60,348 nucleotides of DNA from a bacterium (GTDB lineage Bacteria > JAJVIF01 > JAGGVT01), in NCBI GenBank assembly GCA_021157815.1, contig JAGGVT010000059.1:1-60348 (forward strand), read 5' to 3'. This document shows, in pieces, positions 27,571 through 36,487 of the stretch. The position numbers were made by a program, and so were the translations under genes. The stretch's first letter is position 1; the number at the start of each line of letters is the position of its first letter. The notes beneath the pieces were generated by a model, which was given only the letters and a program-made list of their open reading frames with translations, was not told the DNA's origin and did no database searches.

Positions 27571-29547
27571 ATGAGAAGAACTGGATTGGTTGTTTTATTT
27601 GGCATGCTGTTGTTCCTTGTGGGATGCACAACGGCAGACAGGCCTGTGGAATTCAGATTATTATTAAGCTCGGAATTAAACAACAGGCTTGGGGCATGCG
27701 GATGACATGGTAACGGCAACGGTGGTCTCGCCCGTCGGGCGTGGGTTTATCAGCAATATGAAAAACAGAATGGCTCTCTGCCGTTCCTGTTTGAGCTTGG
27801 CAATACGACATCCAACACATCGGAATATTACACATACACAATGACGCAGATGTATCCAATGCTTAAAACACTGGGCGTTCAAGCCAACCTGCTTCAGGAT
27901 TTCGAGATGAGGGACAAGGAGGAGGGATTTCTGAAACGTTTGAACATGGATATTCCCAACGTTCTTTCAAATGTTTATCCCAAGGACCCATCCACGGATT
28001 TCAACAAGCTGCAGCAATTCTATACAACCAGCCTGCCCGGTGGGATTAACTTGTATATCATCAATCTTTTTGATGTAGAGAATGTCAAGAGGTTTAAATC
28101 CATTAATGTGAATTATGAAGCCATTCCGCCAATTGAATTCCTGGAGAGTTTTATCAATCAGATTGACCCGGCGGATGTTCTTATCGCAAGGATAAATATC
28201 AAGGATACCATGAGAATTACCGATGTTCTTGAATCTGACGCCGCAAAGAGAATAGACCTTGTGTTATTGCCACATGGGGTAAGCAAAGACTTTGTAACCT
28301 CAGAAGAGAGAAGTTTGTCGAAGTTGAACACAGGCTGGCGTAAATCGACAATAACTCCGTACCATGAAGCACAGGAAAAGAAGGCAAAAGAAGATCGAAT
28401 AAAGAAATACATGGATGATAAAAAGGCAAAGCTACAGGAGGAAACTGAAAAGGATAATAATGGCGCGAAAGGGAAAAATACATCACTGAAAAATCCAGAT
28501 GACGGTTCAGATGAAATAATAATCCCGGGAAAGAATCCTAACGGTATATTACCTGATTCAACTGATGAAAAGCTTGTAACAGGTGATGAACAGCCTGATT
28601 TGAATCAGGAAGCAAAAGCTAATGTTCCACCTCTACCTGCTGAGTTGACAAACGAGCCAATAAGCCGAGGAAAAGACTCAAAAGGAAAGGAGAAATTATC
28701 AGCGAAAGATGTTGATTTAACTGTGGAATCACGTGAATTCATGGATATTCTAAATGAATATCATGCGGTTCCCGAGCCAAGGTCAGCCGAGTACCTCAGA
28801 GAGATTTATTTCCAGCGCACTATTGATGGGGAATACACAATCAAGGTATCTGATATTCTAATCGACAAGAGATATCCAGAGGATGGGGCAATCAAGGGTC
28901 TGGTTGATGACTGTGAAAAAGTCGTTGCCTTGATGAAAACAAAAGAAAGCGTCAAACGCCAGATTACATACACGGAACGAAAAGTCAGCAGCACAGGTGA
29001 GAATCCGTATGTAGGGCCTCAAACATGCAAAGAATGCCATGAGGAAGCATATGATATATGGGCATCATCAAAACACGCCCACACTCTCGAACTGCTGGAG
29101 AATAGAGGACAACAGGATGATGAACGCTGCCTTAAGTGCCATCTGACAGAATGGACAAAACCGGCATATTATGTGAAGGAATGGACATTCGATAAATTCG
29201 CGCCTGAACTCGGCTGTGAAACATGCCACGGACCCGGCGCCGCGCATGTCAGGATTATTGATTACGCTCTGCAGGGCAATCGCAAAGAATACTGGGACAT
29301 AATCAAAACCGAGAAACCGAATCTGTTCCTGAGAGATTTAAGGGCTGAGGCAAAGACAGTCTGCACACAGTGCCATGACAAGATGAATTCACCCGATTTC
29401 GATTTCATCGAGTACTGGTCGATGATTGAACATCCCAGCCCGGTTTTGGAAGACCCGTTGGACAAGATTATTAAGATACGGAGCAAGAAGCAGAGAAAAG
29501 AAACAGAGAATCTTAGGGAAAAAGCCAAGGAAGCTGATGGGAAGTAA
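27571..29547 (+). CDS. Lipoprotein tetrahaem cytochrome c, reading frame interrupted by one in-frame TGA (27703-27705)
   Basis: ATG 27571 encodes MRRTGLVVLFGMLLFLVGCTT (lipobox). The frame continues through TGA into the tracked ORF 27841-29547, which lacks any signal peptide. The C-terminus has four CxxCH motifs (CKECH, CLKCH, CETCH, CTQCH). Confidence 0.65.
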
Positions 29548-29577
29548 TGGTATGGTGTTGAAACTCAAGTTATAAGT

Positions 29578-29605
29578 ACGGCAGGTTAAAAGCCTGCCGT
29601 TTTTG
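29578..29605 (+). terminator. Rho-independent terminator
   Basis: acggcagg-ttaaaag-cctgccgt followed by ttttt. Confidence 0.75.
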
Positions 29606-29703
29606 ACAGAGGTGCTGAAGCACCCATCTTTCCGGCAAGGGTGCCGAAGCTCCCGGCTGAAGTTCCCGGGTGGATATGGGATTAAGTTACGGGTCAAGGT
29701 TTT

Positions 29704-30264
29704 TTAGCCGGTTTTATATTTTGCGATTTCCGAGGAGAATAAATCTCCACCGTGGCAGTCGTTTACCACTATCGCGGGGAAGTCTTTTACTTCAAGGCGG
29801 CGTATAGCCTCAGGACCAAGGTCATCGTAGGCAATTACATCAGCTTTAACGATTGATTTCGCGATAAGCGCAGCGGCGCCTCCGGTTGACTGGAAATAGA
29901 CTCCGCTGAATTTCTTCATGGCATCAAGCACCTCAGGGCTTCTGTTGCCTTTTCCAATCATTCCGCGCAATCCCTGCTCCATAAGGATTGTGGCATACGG
30001 GTCCATGCGGTAGCTGGTTGTAGGGCCGGCGCTTCCAATAACTTTTCCCGGCGGTGTTGGAGAGGGGCCAACGTAATAGATGATGGAATCTTTTAGATCA
30101 AACGGAAGTTCCTCTCCGGCCTGAAGTGAATCAACAAGGCGTTTGTGAGCTAAATCTCGCCCAGTGTAGATGATTCCGGTGATATATATGATATCACCGG
30201 CGTGAAGGCTTTCCGCTTTTTCAGCGGTAAAAGGTGTTTCTAGTGATTTTTTTTGTTCTGGCAT
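29704..30264 (-). CDS. Fe-S type hydro-lyase beta subunit (class I fumarate hydratase / tartrate dehydratase family)
   Basis: 186 aa; GDIIYITGIIYTGRDLAHKRL and GPTTSYRMD motifs. Confidence 0.85.
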   Translation of the reverse strand: MPEQKKSLETPFTAEKAESLHAGDIIYITGIIYTGRDLAHKRLVDSLQAGEELPFDLKDSIIYYVGPSPTPPGKVIGSAGPTTSYRMDPYATILMEQGLRGMIGKGNRSPEVLDAMKKFSGVYFQSTGGAAALIAKSIVKADVIAYDDLGPEAIRRLEVKDFPAIVVNDCHGGDLFSSEIAKYKTG

Positions 30265-30296
30265 GAGTCATCTCGCTATACATAATTTACGTTTTA

Positions 30297-30321
30297 CCCC
30301 GGTGAAGGGACACCGGGTTAC
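30297..30321. repeat. REP-like hairpin, family H
   Basis: ccccggtgaagggacaccgggttac, with a 7-bp stem cccggtg/caccggg. Other copies at 31050-31074, 31093-31114, 48194-48218, 48232-48256 and 56775-56799. Confidence 0.75.
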
Positions 30322-30392
30322 ATTTTAGCAGAAGGTTATGGAGCGTGTCGGGAAAGGCAATTTTTCTTGGTTTCCCTCATCTTAATCCAAGT

Positions 30393-30496
30393 CGGGTGCC
30401 GCCCATACAGCCGTCTCGGCTTTATGGGTGAAGTCGCATGACTTCGCAATAATCAACCACAAATCACAAAAAGACGTGATGTGTGGGCGGCACCCG
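30393..30496 (+). repeat. Family G element (full copy)
   Basis: Colinear with 17048-17150. Confidence 0.75.
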
Positions 30497-30608
30497 AAAG
30501 TTATCAGGAAAATGGTATGTTTGAAAATCAACATACTTTACCAACAGGCTCTTTAACCCTCTGCTGTATCAACAACCCTTTGCTTTTACATATCAAAATA
30601 TAAAAAAA

Positions 30609-31013
30609 CTACATTTCATCCAGCATGCTTAAATACCGGTTGAGTTCAGTTTCGCTCCATTTTTTATACTCACCGAGTGCGGTAATCGCATCTTTGGCTT
30701 TCGATGCCGGCACCATCACTTTTATTCTAGTAAATGAAAATCCCGATGGTGTCGCTATACCTAAAACACTAGTCATGCCGCCCTCGCTGACAACACAGGG
30801 GATACCGGCATCCTCAATCTGGGTTTTTATAAGCTGCGCTTCCATTAAGTCATTCAGTTTGAAAAGCGAGATGAGGTCATCCGATTCGCGAGTCATGTCG
30901 GGCATCAGCATATCCGCCGCTTTGAGTTCTAGTTTGCAGGACGGGCATCTTGTTTCATCATCGGAAGCAATTTCCGCTCCGCATGCCGGGCAAAATATTT
31001 TTTCTTCTGTCAT
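30609..31013 (-). CDS. Zinc-ribbon + DUF2007-like (PII-like fold) small protein
   Basis: 134 aa; N-terminal CPACG..CPSC. Lies between the two fumarase subunit genes. Confidence 0.6.
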   Translation of the reverse strand: MTEEKIFCPACGAEIASDDETRCPSCKLELKAADMLMPDMTRESDDLISLFKLNDLMEAQLIKTQIEDAGIPCVVSEGGMTSVLGIATPSGFSFTRIKVMVPASKAKDAITALGEYKKWSETELNRYLSMLDEM

Positions 31014-31049
31014 GGTTTTTGTCTCGCTGTTATTTTCTATTCTCGCTTA

Positions 31050-31114
31050 CCCCAGTGAAGGGACACCGGGTTACGGGTTTAATTCACATTTTCCCCGGTG
31101 AAGGGACACCGTAC
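31050..31114. repeat. Two tandem family H hairpins
   Basis: ccccagtgaagggacaccgggttac and ccccggtgaagggacaccgtac. Confidence 0.7.
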
Positions 31115-31121
31115 GGGTTTA

Positions 31122-31979
31122 TTAAAGTTCCACCTCTCGGTGCCGCTGCGCATGGCAGTTGATATTCAACGCCACGGGCATTGATGCTATATGGCACGGT
31201 GCGTAATTAATAAATACCTCAAGCGACGTTGTGCTGCCGCCAAGTCCCTGAGGGCCAACTCCGGTTTTATTTACCTCTTCGAGAATTTCCTCTTCGAGTG
31301 CCGCGATGTCCGGGTCGGGATGGCGTTCTCCAATGTTTCTAAACAGCGCTTCTTTCGCCATAATAGCCGCTTTTTCGAAATTCCCCCCTATTCCAATTCC
31401 AAGCACGGTTGGCGGGCACGGATTCGCTCCCGCTATTGTAACAGCCTCGACAATCCACTTTTTTATTCCCTCACGGCCATCAGCGGGTTTCATCATGTTG
31501 ACCTTGCTCATGTTCTCACTGCCGCCGCCTTTGGACGTGAATTTGATTTTGAGCTTGTCTCCGGCAACCGGTTTATAGTAAATAATCGCTGGAGTATTAT
31601 CCTTTGTATTAACTCGTTTATATGGATGTTCCACGACACTTTTTCGTAAATAGCCTTCCTCATATCCCTGCCGTGTTCCCTCGTTGATATATTCCTCAAG
31701 TTTGTGAAGACCACCGTCGATTTCAATATCGCTGCCTATTTCGACAAAGAAAATCGCAAGGCCTGTGTCCTGGCAGGTGGGCATATTTTCATCTTTTCCG
31801 ATACGGGCATTCTCAATGATTTGATCGAGCGTTTCCCTTCCGATAGGCGATTTCTCAGTCTCTCTGAATTTTTTGAAAACGTCCAGCATGTCGTCCGGCA
31901 CGATGCAGTTTGCTTCAATGCACATTTTTTTTACAACGTTGATAATTTCATCTTTTGCGATTACGCGTTTTTGAGTCAT
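31122..31979 (-). CDS. Fe-S type hydro-lyase alpha subunit (class I fumarate hydratase / tartrate dehydratase family)
   Basis: 285 aa; MPTCQDTGLAIFFVEIG and GGGSENMSK motifs. Confidence 0.85.
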   Translation of the reverse strand: MTQKRVIAKDEIINVVKKMCIEANCIVPDDMLDVFKKFRETEKSPIGRETLDQIIENARIGKDENMPTCQDTGLAIFFVEIGSDIEIDGGLHKLEEYINEGTRQGYEEGYLRKSVVEHPYKRVNTKDNTPAIIYYKPVAGDKLKIKFTSKGGGSENMSKVNMMKPADGREGIKKWIVEAVTIAGANPCPPTVLGIGIGGNFEKAAIMAKEALFRNIGERHPDPDIAALEEEILEEVNKTGVGPQGLGGSTTSLEVFINYAPCHIASMPVALNINCHAQRHREVEL

Positions 31980-32164
31980 GTTTGAATACCTGTTTTAAAT
32001 GATTTCAACAAGGGGAGTTAAGCCCTTGCCTGTTGCCTAAGAGATAAATTCGAGCCAGTGAACATGGTTATTATACGCTCTAAATGCCATGAGTCAATTA
32101 TTGAGCAAACAAAAATCCCGGCTCGGGTGGAGTCGGGGTTTGGTTTGTGTATGTTTATTTTCAG

Positions 32165-32375
32165 GGCGCTTCAATAAACTGTGTGGGTTGAGTTTCGATT
32201 GAGTAAAAAAAGGGGATTGTCCCAACCAAGTAAATAAACACAGTATAAATAAGGGATTACAGCATAGTATATTGATAACATCAGATTTGAAGCCTCATGT
32301 GGACGTACCCCGTTATCGGGGAATGCCCCTTTTTTTACGGGGGGATAAATAACCCACACAGTTTATTGAAGCGCC
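32165..32375 (+). mobile_element. MITE-like element, family B copy 1 (211 bp)
   Basis: 25-bp TIRs ggcgcttcaataaactgtgtgggtt / aacccacacagtttattgaagcgcc enclosing the same conserved core (32203-32338) found inside family A. Confidence 0.8.
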
Positions 32376-32380
32376 ACTTA

Positions 32381-32900
32381 TTATATTGTAGCCCGGCTTC
32401 TCATGAGGCTGTCTCATAACGCCTGTAAAAACATTTATTTCAACCAGCGAAGAATTTCCGTCATTCCCGCGAAAGCGGGAATCCATTTTATCCTTTGGTG
32501 GATTTACCAATCATTCTGTGAAACTCACATCGTTACTTTGTTTACTGGATACCAATTTCTTCTGATTATTTCATCATCCCATACAATGGTTTCCCGCTTT
32601 CGCGGGAATGACGGGCAATGTTAGTTTGGGTGATGTTTTGAGACAGTCTCCTCATTAGCCGGGAAAACACGGTAATATCCACGCATTACCCCGGTTAATG
32701 AGGAAGGTGTCTCAGAACCCGTCTTTTTCTGTCATCCTGAGCGAAGCGAAGGCTCTATTCTCGATAGCGTGGATTAATTTCACCAGGTTTAATCATCAAC
32801 ACAGCAACTTATAGATTCTTCGCTGCGCTCAGAATGACAATGTTTCGTGCATAATTCTATGTTCTGAGACAGCCTCATGAGAAACCGGGCTACAATATAA
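32381..32900. repeat. Nested palindromic repeat block (families F, E, C)
   Basis: Outer arms ttatattgtagcccggcttctcatgaggctgtctca / tgagacagcctcatgagaaaccgggctacaatataa. Inside are an E-type element (32458-32614), gagacagtctcctcattagccggg..ccggttaatgaggaaggtgtctc, and family C (32729-32842). Confidence 0.75.
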
Positions 32901-33177
32901 TGCCTTTTTTCAGAGGTCTCTCATTTGAATATCCAAAGCAATCCTACGTACTCGCGCTTTCGCTTTCCGCTTACGATATAACTTTCGCCAACGGTCGAGG
33001 TACGTTTCGCAACAAGGTCAGCAGTCATTTTGTTTGGGGATTTGCCTGTGTCGGTTTGTTCATGCAAATAAACACTATGCAATTCACATTTTAATTATTT
33101 GACCTTGACAATCGAAATCTCCTGAAGCACCATAACAAACTCGAAATTTATTTTATGCAAGGAGAATAGAAAATCAA

Positions 33178-33987
33178 ATGACAGAACAGAAAGCGGAAAT
33201 AGGAATTTTTGGGGGAAGCGGATTCTACGAGTTCCTTGATAAAACAGAAGAGATTGTTGTTGAGACGCCGTACGGCGCTCCGAGTTCACCGGTAACACTG
33301 GGAGAAATCGAGGGCAGGAAAGTCGCGTTTCTTCCAAGGCATGGCAAGGCGCACCAGTATCCACCACAGGCGATTAATTACAGGGCGAACGCATGGGCGA
33401 TGAATGACCTTGGCGTCAGGATGGTTATTGGGCCTTGTGCGTCCGGGTCACTTCAGCCAAATATAAAACCCGGTGACTTTTTAATCTGCGACCAGTTTGT
33501 CGATAGAACCACGGGACGAAAGGACACTTTCTATAATGGGCCTATCACGACCCACCTTTCGATGTCTGATCCGTACTGTCCCGAACTTCGCAAAGTGGCG
33601 ATTGAAGTTTCCAAAGAGCAGGGAATTGTCGTGCATGATAGCGGAACTGTGGTTGTTATTCAGGGTCCCAGATTCTCCACACGCTCGGAATCGAAATGGT
33701 TTTCCTCGATGGGCTGGGAGGTAATCAACATGACACAGTACCCGGAGGTTTATCTCTGCCGTGAACTCGACATGTGCTATTTGAACATAAGCCTGATAAC
33801 CGATTACGATGTCGGCCTTGATGGTGATCCGAATATCAAGCCTGTTACGCATGAGGAAGTTATTCGTGTGTTTACCGAAAACAACGAGAAACTTAAAAAA
33901 CTGCTGTTTGGCATCGTGCCAAGAATGCCGAAGGTTGAGGATTTGACTTGCAACTGCCAGGATTTGGTGTCGAAGAGCAGGTTTTGA
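33178..33987 (+). CDS. mtnP: S-methyl-5'-thioadenosine phosphorylase
   Basis: 269 aa; IGIFGGSGFY, FLPRHGKAHQYPPQAINYRANAWAM and MTQYPEV motifs. Confidence 0.9.
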   Translation: MTEQKAEIGIFGGSGFYEFLDKTEEIVVETPYGAPSSPVTLGEIEGRKVAFLPRHGKAHQYPPQAINYRANAWAMNDLGVRMVIGPCASGSLQPNIKPGDFLICDQFVDRTTGRKDTFYNGPITTHLSMSDPYCPELRKVAIEVSKEQGIVVHDSGTVVVIQGPRFSTRSESKWFSSMGWEVINMTQYPEVYLCRELDMCYLNISLITDYDVGLDGDPNIKPVTHEEVIRVFTENNEKLKKLLFGIVPRMPKVEDLTCNCQDLVSKSRF

Positions 33988-34066
33988 GATAGTTTTTTTT
34001 ATTTGCGCGGAATAGCAGAAGAAACGTGAAATAGCAGAGGATTAAAGAGCCTGTCGGAAAAAACAC

Positions 34067-34116
34067 CGCATTTCACCCACAAATCACAAAAAGACGTGAT
34101 GTGTGGGCGGCACCCG
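34067..34116 (+). repeat. Family G element (right half)
   Basis: cgcatttcacccacaaatcacaaaaagacgtgatgtgtgggcggcacccg. Confidence 0.7.
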
Positions 34117-34128
34117 AGCTATTTTTTC

Positions 34129-34360
34129 CTGCCAACTTACCAACCTGCCAACTTACCAACCTACTAACCTGCCAACTTACCAACCTGCCAACTTACCAAC
34201 CTGCCAACTTACCAACCTACTAACCTGCTAACTTACTAACCTGCCAACTTACTAACCTGCTAACCTACTAACCTGCTAACTTACTAACCTGCCAACTTAC
34301 TAACCTGCTAACTTACTAACCTGCCAACTTACTAACCTGCTAACCTACTAACCTGCTAAC
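34129..34360 (+). repeat. Octamer tandem array a: 29 in-phase units of YTRCYAAC
   Basis: Units counted directly (ctgccaac, ttaccaac, ctactaac, ctgctaac, ttactaac). CCAAC-type units dominate the 5' part and CTAAC-type units the 3' part. Confidence 0.95.
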
Positions 34361-34370
34361 TTATTAAATA

Positions 34371-34379
34371 TGGTAAAAT
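34371..34379 (+). promoter_or_regulatory. Extended -10-like box tggtaaaat directly after array a
   Basis: TGn + taaaat, 10 nt after the last octamer and 22 nt before ATG 34401. Confidence 0.35.
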
Positions 34380-34400
34380 AAAGTATCAGTGTGAATTAGG

Positions 34401-35921
34401 ATGGACAAAAAGATGAAAGGAAAAACATCAGCAGAGATTTTTATTATTGCGGTATTCATTTGCATTTTCTCATCATCTACGCTAACCGCAAACCCAATAA
34501 CGCTGGAGGAATCAGTACAAAGAGGCTGGGTTCGAACAACGGGAAATTCCGGTTTTGATACGGCGTTTGATGTTGCTCTTGATAACAATGGCAATGTGTA
34601 TGTGGTTGGTAATATTGGCAAACAGGTTTCCATACCAGATGAAATCATTGTGAATGGCTATAAAACATCCTATATAAACGGTCATGACGCCTTTATTGCG
34701 AAATATGATTCGAAGGGTGAACATCGGTGGACTAAAATGCTGGATGGTGATTTTATATCCGCCAGCCAGATTTCAATTGATAAATCAGGCAATCTTTATG
34801 TTGCTGGAACATTCAGGGGGACATGCGATTTTAACCCGGATGATGAAGTTGAAAACAGGACATCGCATAAATTCAAAAGCGCTGATGCTGTTGATATTTT
34901 CGTAGTCAAGTTAAATTCGATGGGGCAGTTTATCTGGGCAACCACATTTGGCGGTGATAATTCCATTGTTAAAAGCTATATTTCGATGGATATTGACCGT
35001 TCATCAAATGTGTATATCGGCGGATATGCAGCGGGAGGTATGGAATTCAATCTTGAATCCGGTCTTGAACAGTATCCAGCCAGCTCTCGAGATGACATAT
35101 TCATTTGTAAAATCAACTCATTGGGAAATATCAATTGGGCAAAAAGATGGGGAAGCAAATGTGAGGATATCGCGGTTGCAAGTGACGGCATGTTGTACGT
35201 TACCGGATGTGCGCACGGTATTTCCACGCTCAATAAAGAGAACGGCTCAATTGAAATCAACGAGGATGGCAAAAGGCGGGTTTATTTATGGGGGTTGAAT
35301 CCTGACGGGGAATTTGACTCACAGTGGTTGTGGGACACACAGGATTTCACCAGTTGGTGCCGCCTTTTCCTTGATAAAAAAGACAATCTATATTTGTCGG
35401 CTGGTTTTAAAGGCCAATTCGATGTAAATCCAAATGGTGGGGAAAAGTTAATTACAGCAACAGGTTCTAATGACATATTCCTGGCTATGTTTGACAAACA
35501 GGGTGATTTCCAGTGGGTTAAGACATTCGGTGGCGATGATAAGAATACTACAATGGATATCTCCGTGGATAGAACGGGATTTGTCTTCATCGCGGGATTG
35601 TATGGAGGTAACGGCGATTTCAATCCCGGCAATGGAACCGCTGAAATGACAGCTGTTCATAAAACAGATCCTTTCCTATCCAAATTCACTCGTGATGGCG
35701 ATTACAAGTGGAGCAGGTCATGGAAAGGCGATGGTAAAGTAACTGTTTTTTCAATCACGACTGATCCAAACGGGAACGTTTACATGTCTGGGCGATATAC
35801 AAAAACAATTGATTTCGCGCCGGGACCAACCAATGATACTCAAACAGCAGTCGGCAAGTCAGATGCTTTCCTGCTTAAACTGACACCGCAGGGTAAATAT
35901 CTGGGGTGGATGGATTTTTGA
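34401..35921 (+). CDS. Secreted SBBP (beta-propeller repeat) protein
   Basis: 506 aa with signal peptide. ~8 units of G..y..G.f.g..dfnP.....DaFl.K. The start could instead be ATG 34413. Confidence 0.8.
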   Translation: MDKKMKGKTSAEIFIIAVFICIFSSSTLTANPITLEESVQRGWVRTTGNSGFDTAFDVALDNNGNVYVVGNIGKQVSIPDEIIVNGYKTSYINGHDAFIAKYDSKGEHRWTKMLDGDFISASQISIDKSGNLYVAGTFRGTCDFNPDDEVENRTSHKFKSADAVDIFVVKLNSMGQFIWATTFGGDNSIVKSYISMDIDRSSNVYIGGYAAGGMEFNLESGLEQYPASSRDDIFICKINSLGNINWAKRWGSKCEDIAVASDGMLYVTGCAHGISTLNKENGSIEINEDGKRRVYLWGLNPDGEFDSQWLWDTQDFTSWCRLFLDKKDNLYLSAGFKGQFDVNPNGGEKLITATGSNDIFLAMFDKQGDFQWVKTFGGDDKNTTMDISVDRTGFVFIAGLYGGNGDFNPGNGTAEMTAVHKTDPFLSKFTRDGDYKWSRSWKGDGKVTVFSITTDPNGNVYMSGRYTKTIDFAPGPTNDTQTAVGKSDAFLLKLTPQGKYLGWMDF

Positions 35922-36045
35922 AAAACTTGTTTTAGTAAATATGAAAAAGCAGCAGAGGGTTAAAACGCTTCCTTGAATGCTGCAGAATCTGTGTCAGGTT
36001 GAATAACCTACCAATCAAGTCGAATAACCTACCAAGTCGAATAAC

Positions 36046-36170
36046 CCGTCATTCCCGCGAAAGCGGGAATCTATTTTATTCTGATTCAAATATGAAGCAA
36101 TGAAAGGAAAGACCTGTACGGAAGGCTGATTTAAAGAATAAATTGGATTCCCGCTTTCGCGGGAATGACG
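36046..36170. repeat. Family E element with ATTCCC-N8-GGGAAT hairpin termini
   Basis: ccgtcattcccgcgaaagcgggaatc ... ggattcccgctttcgcgggaatgacg; degenerate copies follow up to 36216. Confidence 0.75.
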
Positions 36171-36289
36171 TAATCGTGCTTTCGCAGGAATGACGGAATT
36201 TTGTTCTCGTGGGAATAACAAAATTGGGGTCTGCAAATTTCAAAATGGATTCTGCAAATGAGAAGTCGGGAAAAAAGTAGCAGGAAAAA

Positions 36290-36339
36290 CGTCATTCCGA
36301 CATCCTACGAGCGAAGCGAGGAGGATGGTCGGAATGACG
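36290..36339. repeat. Palindrome cgtcattccgac..gtcggaatgacg
   Basis: cgtcattccgacatcctacgagcgaagcgaggaggatggtcggaatgacg. Confidence 0.7.
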
Positions 36340-36400
36340 TCCTTATTATGTTCTTAGACGACTTCCAAACGGCACCCCTACAGAATATGATGCTTTTTCC

Positions 36401-36481
36401 TACTTAACCGACTTAACCTACTAACTTACTAACCTGCTAACTTACTAACATGCTAACATGCTAACTTACTAACCTTTTAAC
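36401..36481 (+). repeat. Octamer tandem array b (~10 units)
   Basis: gacttaac ctactaac ttactaac ctgctaac ttactaac atgctaac atgctaac ttactaac cttttaac. Ends 6 nt from the stop codon of the minus-strand ORF 36488-38083. Confidence 0.9.
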
Positions 36482-36487
36482 CAATTA

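Noticed and set aside
32313-32624. ORFs 32313-32510 (-), 32403-32624 (+) and 36015-36236 (-) containing RFRGNDG / VIPAKAGIH
   Set aside because: They are translations of the ATTCCC-N8-GGGAAT palindromic repeats, with no coding context.
32900-33094. ORF 32900-33094 (+) and a 35-aa minus-strand ORF (MTADLVAKRTSTVGESYIVSGKRKRE..) upstream of mtnP
   Set aside because: They are short, have no SD or family motif, and are embedded beside repeat arms.
34233-34240. TACTAAC within the octamers as a eukaryotic intron branch-point-like signal
   Set aside because: This is a coincidental resemblance in a bacterial, non-coding tandem repeat.
34129-34360. Octamer arrays (also 36401-36481, 40700-40851, 43905-44056) as CRISPR arrays
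   Set aside because: The period is 8 bp with no spacers, no 24-48-bp repeat unit, no leader and no cas genes. They are simple tandem repeats.
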